DNA of 64,000 bases, from the NCBI GenBank assembly GCA_017557605.1, contig JAFYYJ010000044.1, forward strand, positions 19,655 to 83,654, given 5' to 3'. Position 1 is the first letter of the stretch. Each line of letters opens with the position of its first letter. The position numbers and the translations under genes are program-made. This document shows, one piece after another, positions 55,876 to 64,000 of this stretch. The DNA comes from Salinivirgaceae bacterium. Its GTDB lineage: Bacteria; Bacteroidota; Bacteroidia; Bacteroidales; SZUA-534. The notes under the pieces are model-generated. The model was not told the origin of the DNA, made no database searches, and saw only the letters and a program-made list of their open reading frames with translations.

Positions 55876-57161
55876 CAGTAGGGAGTTACAAGTTGCACAG
55901 GTTGTTCAAAATTCAGTTCAAGTTGCCCCTCCAAACCTTTTTTGGCGTTTTTGGCAACAAGCAGCGAGCGCACCTTCTCGGGCTTCAACTCATTGATTGT
56001 GCCCATAATAGGCAGTTCGCGGCAGCTTATGAAATATTGCGCCTTCTTCAGCACCACGCCAATCTTCTTCAATTGGAAGAAAGTGAGCGCACCATACCGC
56101 CGCGAGGCCACTATCTGCATAGCCGACTTGACGCCTATACCCGGCACGCGCAGAATATGTTCGTAGCAAGCCGTGTTCACATCGACAGGGAAAAACTCGG
56201 GATGTCGCAGCGCCCAAGCCAATTTGGGGTCAACCTCAAGGTCAAGGTTGGGATATGTGTCGTCAACTATCTCATTCACTTTGAATTTGTAGAACCTCAT
56301 CAGCCAGTCGGCCTGATACAGACGGTTCTCTCGAACAAGCGGCGGCTGTTTAAGTGCAGGCAGACGGTTGTCGTATGTGTTAACCGCCACATATCCTGAA
56401 TAGTATACGCGCCGGATTGAAGGCCTTTGGTAGAACGCCGATGACAGGCGAAGAATATCCTTGTCGGTGTCGTCGGTTGCGCCAACAATCATCTGGGTGC
56501 TCTGTCCGGCAGGCACAAAACGTGGCGCCGAGCGATGCCGCAAGTGCTCCTCGTGGCTCTCCAGCACACCCTGGTGAATTACCTTCATAGGTTGGAAAAT
56601 ACTGTCGTAGCTCTTTTCGGGTGCAAGCATTTTTAGGTTGCTTTCCGTCGGAATCTCGATGTTGACGCTCATTCGGTCGGCATACAAACCGGCTTCGGTT
56701 ATCAGCTGCCGGCTGGCTCCGGGTATGCTTTTCAGATGTATGTAGCCATTGAACCGCTGAGCGCGCAAATCTTTCACAACCCGCACAAGCCGTTCCATAG
56801 TGTAATCAGCGTTTTGCATCACGCCCGAACTCAGAAACAACCCCTCGATGTAATTGCGGCGGTAGAACTCCATTGTTATCTCCACCACCTCGGCGGGTGT
56901 AAATGTGGCACGGCGGACATCGTTGCTGCGGCGGTTGACGCAATAGGCGCAATCGAAGATGCAGTAGTTGGTCAACATCACTTTCAAAAGCGAGATGCAG
57001 CGTCCGTCCTCGGCAAAGCTGTGGCAGATGCCTAAGCCGCCAACAGTGTTGCCCAATCCTTTCCCGTTGTTGCGCCGCACGGTTCCGCTTGACGAGCACG
57101 ACACATCGTACTTCGCCGACTCGGCAAGAATCTTCAGCTTATCCAACATTCGCGCGTCCAT
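55875..57161 (-). CDS. Putative DNA modification/repair radical SAM protein (TIGR03916-type)
   Basis: CxxxCxxC cluster 'NYCIFDCAYCVNR' and a C-terminal HhH-like 'LRVPGIGVKSAMQIV'. It is conserved as a pair with the DUF4130 gene. Confidence 0.75.
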   Translation of the reverse strand: MDARMLDKLKILAESAKYDVSCSSSGTVRRNNGKGLGNTVGGLGICHSFAEDGRCISLLKVMLTNYCIFDCAYCVNRRSNDVRRATFTPAEVVEITMEFYRRNYIEGLFLSSGVMQNADYTMERLVRVVKDLRAQRFNGYIHLKSIPGASRQLITEAGLYADRMSVNIEIPTESNLKMLAPEKSYDSIFQPMKVIHQGVLESHEEHLRHRSAPRFVPAGQSTQMIVGATDDTDKDILRLSSAFYQRPSIRRVYYSGYVAVNTYDNRLPALKQPPLVRENRLYQADWLMRFYKFKVNEIVDDTYPNLDLEVDPKLAWALRHPEFFPVDVNTACYEHILRVPGIGVKSAMQIVASRRYGALTFFQLKKIGVVLKKAQYFISCRELPIMGTINELKPEKVRSLLVAKNAKKGLEGQLELNFEQPVQLVTPY

Positions 57162-57195
57162 CGGGGAGAATGATTACGCTTAGATATTCGTTTTA

Positions 57196-57597
57196 TCACA
57201 AAAGATTTACTGACGCAAGTTCTCTGCCAATTTTGTGAATGGCGGTTTGTATCTTTTTCCTTTGACCGGCCGATATGTATTGCCCGCTTTTGTATTGGCG
57301 CATTAGTGACGGATTTATTTTTGCGTATTCCGCGAATTTGCTCATATTCAATATTTTATAGTAACTCAAAAATGAAGGCAAATCATATTTGTATTCAAAT
57401 TCGACATCGCGCAACTCTTCCGGCAACGGCTTTCCTGTTTCATTGTAACATTCAAGCACTTCGCTCACCGAATTTTCAAAATCGGCTTTAGCCTCCTCAA
57501 CTGTTGCTCCTTCGCCAATTATAGTACTCTCAATATCAGGGGTGTAAATGCCGAAAGTGCCGTCTTTACCCATTTCTATCAATGCTGTAGTTTTCAT
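57196..57597 (-). CDS. hicB: HicB-family antitoxin with C-terminal DNA-binding region
   Basis: The N-terminus 'MKTTALIEMGKDGTFGIYTPD...GEGATVEEAKADF' is a HicB fold. The gene lies directly downstream of hicA. Confidence 0.75.
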   Translation of the reverse strand: MKTTALIEMGKDGTFGIYTPDIESTIIGEGATVEEAKADFENSVSEVLECYNETGKPLPEELRDVEFEYKYDLPSFLSYYKILNMSKFAEYAKINPSLMRQYKSGQYISAGQRKKIQTAIHKIGRELASVNLL

Positions 57598-57608
57598 ATC
57601 TTTTGTTT

Positions 57609-57791
57609 TTAAAAACCAATTTGTTTTTTCAATTTGCTGAATGTACCAGTTTTTATTTCTTCCTTATCATGCCGCCCTATTTCAATAATGAAGTCCTTGT
57701 CGGGATGAGCGTATATGTCATGCCTTTTTCCGTTCCGCAACAGATACCAGCCGCTTCGCTCTGCAATACGTCTCAATTCACTCCACTTCAT
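57609..57791 (-). CDS. hicA: HicA-family mRNA interferase toxin
   Basis: 60 aa: 'MKWSELRRIAERSGWYLLRNGKRHDIYAHPD...GTFSKLKKQIG'. This is the typical HicA/YcfA pattern. Confidence 0.85.
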   Translation of the reverse strand: MKWSELRRIAERSGWYLLRNGKRHDIYAHPDKDFIIEIGRHDKEEIKTGTFSKLKKQIGF

Positions 57792-57821
57792 TCTTTATTC
57801 AGTTGTTTTTGACAAAACAAA

Positions 57822-57843
57822 TATATAACTTTTTTGTTATATA
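57822..57843. promoter_or_regulatory. Palindrome upstream of hicA (candidate operator)
   Basis: 'tatataac'-tttttt-'gttatata', about 30-50 nt upstream of the hicA ATG. Confidence 0.35.
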
Positions 57844-57997
57844 CTAAATCTGATTATTTTATATATTTATTGGGTAATGGAATTTGACCAATTGATTTAA
57901 AACAGCAGAGACACAACAAATTCATGTTTTAATCCAGAAACACGTAGAGGCGCCATAATATGACGCCTCTACAATGATTATCAATATTAAAACAATG

Positions 57998-60283
57998 TTA
58001 TTTCTTCACAATCTTATGTGTCGCTCCGTCTGAAGTATTGAGCAAATAAACACCTTCGGGATATTCCGACAAATCAAGCAGATACGATGCCGCATTTTCC
58101 TCTTTACGCAACAGTTTACCATTGATGTCGGTTAGTACATACGAAAATCCTTCCTCAGCATCAACGGTCACAAACGAAACGGTTGGATTAGGATAGATTT
58201 TCACGCCAATTGCATTCACTTCTGAAACAGCTGTTTGCAAATAAATTGTATCCGTTTTGGTGATGTAGATTGTGTCGTGAATAAATTTAACATCTTTATA
58301 GTAAATAACTGTGTCATGGACCAAAACCTCTGTTTTTACCGTATCGTGAACAAATTTCACATCCTTAAACAAATAGACAGTGTCTGGCTCGGTAACGAAG
58401 ACAGTGTCGTGTTCTATTGTTTTGATGGTATCGCGAACTATAACATCAATTTTTACAGTATCGCGAACAACAACTGGCACTTCAATCTTAATTGTATCCA
58501 CAACTGTTATGGGTTCAAAAACCGCTGTAAATGAAGTGTCTTTTGTTACTGTAATTGTACGAGGATTCTCTGTGACGACATCGTTCCAACAGTAAAACTG
58601 ATAGCCAATAGCTGGCGTTGCAATTAGTGTTGTCTGTTTGCCGTGAGTGTAAGTTCCGCCGCCAACAACTAAACCATTCTCGGCCATTGTTGTAACCGTA
58701 TAAACATTGATTGCAAATTCGGCTGTGTAGCTGCCGCTTTCTGTAACTGCGATTGTCCGTGTTGGTTCTGTATTGCCATCGCTCCATTTCACAAAATGAT
58801 AGCCTTCGTTGGACACTGCTGTTAGCGTTGTAGACGGACTTGCTGTATTTGACAAATACCACAACGAACCATTAGCTGCTTTAAACTCGTAATTACCTGT
58901 AGTTTTCACTGTGCCAAATTCAGCATTATTGGTTGAAACATCCACAGTTTTGCAATTCCATTCAACATTTTTAACATAACTCTCTAAATCACCATATCCT
59001 TCTGGTTTGCTTTGGGCTTGACAATATAGTGTAGCGTTGTTGCAACCAGATAATGCAGCCCAACCAATTTCAACTACTGTACTGGGAATAGTTAATGTTT
59101 TCAGATTGGAACAGTTGCAAAAAGCCATACTACGTATAAATTTACAACTACTGTTTATCTCGCACGACGCGATTTCATTATTTATAGCCTTTACCAATAA
59201 TATATATGAGTTGCTGCTGTTTCCTAAATAGTAGGCGTTGATGTACTCGGTGAATTGCATTTTGTTACACCCGGCAAAAACAGCAGTGCCGATGCTCAAT
59301 ATTGAGTTCGGAATCTCGATTGATGTTAAATTGCTGCAATCATTAAACGCATAACTGCCTATTTTGGTGAGCGATTCGGGAAGGGTAACTGATGTCAGAT
59401 TGTTGCAATTTCGGAATGCATCGTCGCTAATTTCAGTAACTCCATTTGTAACAACAACCGACGTTAGGCTTGTGCAGTTCGAAAAAGCCTGATTGCCAAT
59501 ACGGGTTACACCGTTCGGAATTGTTACTGAAGCACTATTGCCGATGTATGCCGTTAGTTGTGTTTTCTCGGCATCAGTGTACATAAAATCACCATCAATT
59601 GTTCCATTGACATTTAGTGCTCCCCACGGGCCATCTTCTGCTGTTCCATAGTAAACTATATTTTTCACCCCCGAAAAAGCAGCCCAACCAATTCCAACTA
59701 CACTGTTAGGAATGGTTAGTGTTTTCAGATTGAAACAGTTGCAGAAAGCCATACTGCATATAATTTTACAGTTGCTGTTTATCTCGCACGACGCGATTTC
59801 ATTATTTTTAGCCTTTACCAATAACAGGTAAGGATTGTCATTGTTTCCAAAATAGTAGGCGTTGTCGTATAGGGTGAATTGTAAATTGTTACACCCACTG
59901 AAAACACCAGTGCCGATGCTCAATATTGAGTTTGGAATATCAATTGATGTTAAATTGCTGCAATCATTAAACGCACAACTGCCTATTTTGGTGAGCGATT
60001 CGGGAAGGGTAATTGAACTTAAATTTTTGCAACAGCAAAAAGCGTCATCGCCAATGCGGGTTACTAAATAGGTTACACCGTTGTTGGTTACTACTTCAGG
60101 AATTGTAACGGTTGTCAATTTGGAATAATTATCTGTATTCCAACTATATTCAAATGTAACCTCTACAGTATAAGGTTCTGTGTTACTTGTGATATTATAA
60201 TACAAATCACCACTTTGAAAATCGTATGCAAATGCTTGAGTCATAGGCATTGTTGCAAATAGAAATGTAAAAATCCTTTTCAT
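57998..60283 (-). CDS. BspA-type LRR protein with T9SS C-terminal sorting domain
   Basis: Signal peptide, LRR units 'IPNS(I/V)xxIGxxxFxxC', a repeat region 'VRDTVK/HDTV', and a C-terminus 'KIYPNPTVSFVTV...LLNTSDGATHKIVKK'. Confidence 0.8.
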   Translation of the reverse strand: MKRIFTFLFATMPMTQAFAYDFQSGDLYYNITSNTEPYTVEVTFEYSWNTDNYSKLTTVTIPEVVTNNGVTYLVTRIGDDAFCCCKNLSSITLPESLTKIGSCAFNDCSNLTSIDIPNSILSIGTGVFSGCNNLQFTLYDNAYYFGNNDNPYLLLVKAKNNEIASCEINSNCKIICSMAFCNCFNLKTLTIPNSVVGIGWAAFSGVKNIVYYGTAEDGPWGALNVNGTIDGDFMYTDAEKTQLTAYIGNSASVTIPNGVTRIGNQAFSNCTSLTSVVVTNGVTEISDDAFRNCNNLTSVTLPESLTKIGSYAFNDCSNLTSIEIPNSILSIGTAVFAGCNKMQFTEYINAYYLGNSSNSYILLVKAINNEIASCEINSSCKFIRSMAFCNCSNLKTLTIPSTVVEIGWAALSGCNNATLYCQAQSKPEGYGDLESYVKNVEWNCKTVDVSTNNAEFGTVKTTGNYEFKAANGSLWYLSNTASPSTTLTAVSNEGYHFVKWSDGNTEPTRTIAVTESGSYTAEFAINVYTVTTMAENGLVVGGGTYTHGKQTTLIATPAIGYQFYCWNDVVTENPRTITVTKDTSFTAVFEPITVVDTIKIEVPVVVRDTVKIDVIVRDTIKTIEHDTVFVTEPDTVYLFKDVKFVHDTVKTEVLVHDTVIYYKDVKFIHDTIYITKTDTIYLQTAVSEVNAIGVKIYPNPTVSFVTVDAEEGFSYVLTDINGKLLRKEENAASYLLDLSEYPEGVYLLNTSDGATHKIVKK

Positions 60284-60287
60284 ATAC

Positions 60288-60992
60288 TTATTCCATTAAT
60301 TGTTTAACACATTCATCACGTTTCATATCAGATAATCCTGCTTCCCAAACAAGGTATAGTTGCTTTTTTAAGATTGCGTTCCATAGCAGTAAGTCAATCG
60401 CCACGAACAGCAATATCAATATTGCCACAACGGTGTGTATGATATCAGCATAATAACCTATTATAAAAATGCCGACAGGCAAGGCATTCCGCAGAAAAGC
60501 GATTTGTGCTTCAAGAATGTGTACAGTGGTAAGCAGTCCGTTCTTTTCCGCACGGAAATAGCACCAGTTGTAGGCTGCTCGAATTTCTTCATCACTGTCT
60601 GTTTCTGCCGTTTTTTCAATTGTTTTACCGCTTTCGGATAGAAAGAAATCTGCGGTGCAGGGTTGCGATTGGCTCTTTTCAAGAATATACGGCTTCTTTA
60701 AGAAATCAGCCATCGTCTTTCGCATCTTCTTTGTTACATTGAACAAGCAACAGCATTTTTCAATTTTTCCATAAAGCCACTCCATAGTCTTGTTCAAAAT
60801 CAAACCAATAAAAAAACTGATGGTTAGCAAAAACGTCACTGATACTATTTCATTACAAATGCAAAGGTCTCTCGAAAACAATGAGGGGAAATTTGCTCCA
60901 AACCATATATCATTAGCAGTGTGACACACAAGAATGCCTATAGCTGTCATTGCTAACGAATCATAAAACGATGCTCCTTGAATAGATTTCAT
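60288..60992 (-). CDS. Membrane protein of unknown function
   Basis: 234 aa with about 4 hydrophobic helices. It lies 4 nt upstream of the LRR gene. No family was recognised. Confidence 0.6.
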   Translation of the reverse strand: MKSIQGASFYDSLAMTAIGILVCHTANDIWFGANFPSLFSRDLCICNEIVSVTFLLTISFFIGLILNKTMEWLYGKIEKCCCLFNVTKKMRKTMADFLKKPYILEKSQSQPCTADFFLSESGKTIEKTAETDSDEEIRAAYNWCYFRAEKNGLLTTVHILEAQIAFLRNALPVGIFIIGYYADIIHTVVAILILLFVAIDLLLWNAILKKQLYLVWEAGLSDMKRDECVKQLME

Positions 60993-61070
60993 AGGCGAAT
61001 TCGATTTAAAGTTACTAACACCTCAAAATTACTTATGCGAGCCGCCTATAATTCAAACTGATAGTAACGA

Positions 61071-61298
61071 TTATTTTACGATTTGTACATTATTTGTTGA
61101 CGCATCGCGTCGGTAGAAGTCAAAGAAATCTATATTGAGAAGCTCTCCGATAAGGGCAAGTTGTGCGCTGTCTATGCTTTGGCGCTTGTAAATGCTGTAG
61201 ATATTCTGCCGCTCACAATTGAGTTGTCGCGCCAGCCATGAGGGGCTGCGCCCCTGCTGTTTCATTGCTTGTTGTATTTCCTTGCCTATGTGTACCAT
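61071..61298 (-). CDS. Small helix-turn-helix (XRE-like) protein
   Basis: 'MVHIGKEIQQAMKQQGRSPSWLARQLNCERQNIYSIYKRQSIDSAQL' has an HTH pattern. The start was chosen at the internal ATG. The ORF track extends to 61394. Confidence 0.6.
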   Translation of the reverse strand: MVHIGKEIQQAMKQQGRSPSWLARQLNCERQNIYSIYKRQSIDSAQLALIGELLNIDFFDFYRRDASTNNVQIVK

Positions 61299-61744
61299 AA
61301 AAAAAGGATATGAACCATTCGTTTTTTTGTTCATCCCATATCGAGGTAAACCGCCAAGTAAACCCAGCAAAGAAGATAAACACGAACAGTTCACACCCTT
61401 GTCGGGTGCGAACTATTGCCTTGTCTTTCTTTGCTTTTCCGAAAAAAATATATGGCGGTTTCTTCGATATAAAGAATTAATGGCAAAAGCCCACTATGTT
61501 ATTTGAAAAATGTCTGGTTCTTAATACAATATTTTAATTAGCAATCATTTTATCTTTTATTCAATTATTCAAACCTTCATTAATAGTTCAAATGTATAAA
61601 AGTAGGTTGGAAACGGAAAATGTTTTTGTCAAAAGCGCAAAATGCATTTCAACTATAGGATTATCTTAATACAAAAACCAGAACAGCCAAGGCGGAATCT
61701 TGAACCATAATTTGCTTAACCCATTAAACACAAACGCATTTTAC

Positions 61745-61780
61745 CAAATAAAAAACGGGCCAGCAAAGCGCCGCCCGTTT
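61745..61780 (-). terminator. Rho-independent terminator of the aminotransferase gene
   Basis: Stem AACGGGC/GCCCGTT. On the minus strand it is followed by 'ttttttatt'. Confidence 0.7.
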
Positions 61781-61864
61781 GATTTATGGTTAATGATTAA
61801 TCTTTTATCATTTATCACTAATCACTAACTCCTAACTTATCACTTGTAACTTATAACTTTCAAC

Positions 61865-63064
61865 TTAAATCGTCCTTCCCGGATATTGCTCAAGCGCAAC
61901 GGCTAACACGTTGAGAGCCTGTGCCAAATCCTCTTTTTTCAGCACGTAGGCAATGCGCGCCTCGTTGCGGCCAAGTTCGGGTGTAGTGTAGAATCCGCTT
62001 GCCGGAGCTAGCATAACTGTCTGACCTTCATACTCAAAGTCGCGCAGCAACCACTCGCAGAACTTGTCGATGTCGTCCACTGGCAGTTTGGCTACCGTAT
62101 AGAACGCGCCCATTGGTATCGGTGTGTAGCAGCCCGGAATCTTGTTCAGTCCGTCAATCAGGAACTTACGGCGCTCAACAAACTCATCATAGGTGTTGAG
62201 CATATAATCTTCAGGCGTGTCGATTGACGCTTCGGCAATTATCTGTCCGATGAGCGGCGGACACAACCTCGCCTGACAGAATTTCATTACGCAGGCGCGA
62301 ACCTCTTCGTTCTTTGTGATGAGTGCGCCAATGCGGATACCGCACTCGCTGTATCGTTTTGAAACAGAGTCGATTAGAATTACATTCTGTTCTATTCCCT
62401 CAAGGTTGAATGCCGAAATGTAGGGCGCACCCGTGTAGCAGAACTCGCGGTAAACTTCGTCAGAGAAAAGGAACAGGTTGTGCTTCTTCACTATATCGCG
62501 TAACTGATTCATTTCCTTGCGGGTATAAAGGTACCCCGTTGGGTTGTTTGGATTGCAGATGAGGATGCCCTTGGTGCGTTCGGTAATCAGCGCCTCGAAT
62601 TTGTCCATCGACGGAAGTGCGAAACCATCATCGATAGTCGACGGAATGGTCTTGATGACCGCACCTGCCGAAATTGCGAAAGCCATATAGTTGGCGTAAG
62701 CCGGCTCCGGTACAATGATTTCGTCGCCTGGGTCGAGGCACGACATAAACGAGAACAGCACCGCTTCCGAACCGCCCGTGGTGATGATGATGTCCTCAAC
62801 GTTGGCGTTGATGTTGAACTTGGCGTAGTAAGACACCAACTTCGCCCGCAGACTCAAAAGACCTTCGCTGGGGGTGTATTCCAATACTTTACGGTCGATT
62901 TTCTTCATCGCTTCCAAACCCACTTCCGGTGTCGGAAGGTCGGGCTGGCCGATGTTCAGGTGATAGACTTTGATTCCTTTCTTTTTTGCAGCGTTTGCAA
63001 GCGGCACCAATCGGCGGATTGGCGACGACGGCATAATTATACCGCGTTCTGATATTTTTGGCAT
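61865..63064 (-). CDS. Pyridoxal-phosphate-dependent aminotransferase (class I/II, aspartate aminotransferase-like)
   Basis: Motifs 'NIGQPDLPTP', 'NPNNPTG' and the PLP-Lys context 'DSVSKRYSECGIRIG'. 399 aa. Confidence 0.85.
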   Translation of the reverse strand: MPKISERGIIMPSSPIRRLVPLANAAKKKGIKVYHLNIGQPDLPTPEVGLEAMKKIDRKVLEYTPSEGLLSLRAKLVSYYAKFNINANVEDIIITTGGSEAVLFSFMSCLDPGDEIIVPEPAYANYMAFAISAGAVIKTIPSTIDDGFALPSMDKFEALITERTKGILICNPNNPTGYLYTRKEMNQLRDIVKKHNLFLFSDEVYREFCYTGAPYISAFNLEGIEQNVILIDSVSKRYSECGIRIGALITKNEEVRACVMKFCQARLCPPLIGQIIAEASIDTPEDYMLNTYDEFVERRKFLIDGLNKIPGCYTPIPMGAFYTVAKLPVDDIDKFCEWLLRDFEYEGQTVMLAPASGFYTTPELGRNEARIAYVLKKEDLAQALNVLAVALEQYPGRTI

Positions 63065-63066
63065 TA

Positions 63067-63483
63067 TTATTCTTTATTTTTGGTTTCTTCCATCGTGCCC
63101 TTTATCTTGAGCTCGATAGGTTCGTTACTGAAATTCGTATACACATACACTGTCTTGTCGAAAACTCCGATGCGGGCTGAGTCGTAAGCCACCTTCACAA
63201 CTGCAGTTTTGCCGCTTTTCACGGGGCGCTTCGAATATGTGGGGGTGGTGCAGCCGCACGATGTTGTGATATTCTTGATTACAAGCGTTTCCGCACTGTC
63301 GTTCTTGATTTGAAATTCGAATTCGGTTTTGGTGTACAATGGTTTTGTGCCGAAATCGTGCTCCAATTCATTGACACTCACGTTGAAGCCGGCTACTTTA
63401 GTCCAGTTCCCGGTTTGCGCTGAGGCCGGCGCCGAAAAAATAAGCGCCACTGCGGCCGTTGCTATTAAAAACAATTTCTTCAT
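63067..63483 (-). CDS. DUF1573 domain-containing secreted protein
   Basis: Signal peptide plus hallmark 'TSCGCTTP'. 138 aa. Confidence 0.8.
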   Translation of the reverse strand: MKKLFLIATAAVALIFSAPASAQTGNWTKVAGFNVSVNELEHDFGTKPLYTKTEFEFQIKNDSAETLVIKNITTSCGCTTPTYSKRPVKSGKTAVVKVAYDSARIGVFDKTVYVYTNFSNEPIELKIKGTMEETKNKE

Positions 63484-63527
63484 ATAGAATGATTTTTATC
63501 GGGTGCAAACATACCAAATTGCCACAA

Positions 63528-63998
63528 TCATTTTGCGGCTACGAGCTTTTTAATCTGTTCGGCGTGATTTTTTGTGTCAACCTTGCCCACAACATACTCA
63601 ATTTTGCCGTCGGCGCCAATGATGAACGTTGTTCTGATAACGCCCATCGAAGTGCGTCCGTACATTTTCTTCTCGCCCCAAGCACCGTAAGCGTTCAGAA
63701 TGCTTTTGTCAGTATCGGGCAGAAGGTGGAAATTAAGATTGTGCTTCTGTGCGAATTTCAAGTGCGACTGCGCCGAATCAGGACTGACGCCGATTATCTC
63801 GAAGCCCATTTCGGCAAGGTCGGTGTAGCCGTCGCGCAAGCTGCAGGCCTCGGCGGTGCAGCCCGAAGTGTTGTCCTTCGGATAAAAATACAAAATAACA
63901 CGCTTGCCTTTCAATTCGCTGAGCGACACACTTTTACCGTTTTGGTCGATTCCCGAGAAATCAGGTGCGACATCTCCTGTCTGCAATTTCGTACTCAT
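63528..63998 (-). CDS. bcp: Thioredoxin-dependent thiol peroxidase (Bcp-type peroxiredoxin)
   Basis: Motif 'FYPKDNTSGCTAEAC' in a 156-aa ORF. Confidence 0.9.
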   Translation of the reverse strand: MSTKLQTGDVAPDFSGIDQNGKSVSLSELKGKRVILYFYPKDNTSGCTAEACSLRDGYTDLAEMGFEIIGVSPDSAQSHLKFAQKHNLNFHLLPDTDKSILNAYGAWGEKKMYGRTSMGVIRTTFIIGADGKIEYVVGKVDTKNHAEQIKKLVAAK

Positions 63999-64000
63999 AG

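Overview
This is a 64-kb chromosomal window from a Bacteroidota genome. The evidence is T9SS C-terminal sorting domains, BspA-type LRR proteins, S46 and C25 peptidases, TAnnTTTG-type -7 promoter boxes and no Shine-Dalgarno signals. The word-like intergenic repeats suggest a Bacteroidales, possibly Muribaculaceae-type, genome, but that is inference only. I support about 55 CDS and one tRNA-Ala(GGC). There is no rRNA, CRISPR array, integrase or transposase. The housekeeping backbone includes pssA, a deoxynucleoside kinase, tsaC, rpe, radC, mutL, dxr, rseP, bcp, an aminotransferase, an S46 dipeptidyl-peptidase, two rhomboids, an AsmA-like protein, an M23 peptidase and two sensor kinases. Accessory patches interrupt it: (i) an AT-rich islet at 8.9-12.9 kb with a DUF2971 protein and an LRR protein; (ii) a YhcG-type PD-(D/E)xK nuclease plus a FISUMP lipoprotein wedged between dxr and rseP; (iii) a umuD remnant and umuC next to the tRNA, followed by a radical-SAM/DUF4130 pair; (iv) hicAB, a T9SS LRR protein, a membrane protein and an HTH protein. 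The best candidate for an undescribed system is a 9.7-kb, ten-gene locus on one strand (41.4-51.1 kb). It encodes only uncharacterised envelope proteins built from serial tandem paralogues: 3+1 DUF3592-like proteins, 2 four-TM proteins, 2 TPM proteins, a polytopic coiled-coil protein and a secreted LRR-2xFGE protein. An oppositely oriented, hairpin-rich candidate sRNA sits inside the locus, and a LiaF-like/LytTR membrane regulator pair converges on it. The intergenic DNA also follows a strand-specific three-letter composition pattern and carries several dispersed repeat families: ACGATAAC words with Thr-alternating mini-ORFs, GGACG..CGTCC-CTACAT hairpins and GCGAAGC mini-hairpins. All family assignments come from motif recognition by eye. 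No searches were run.
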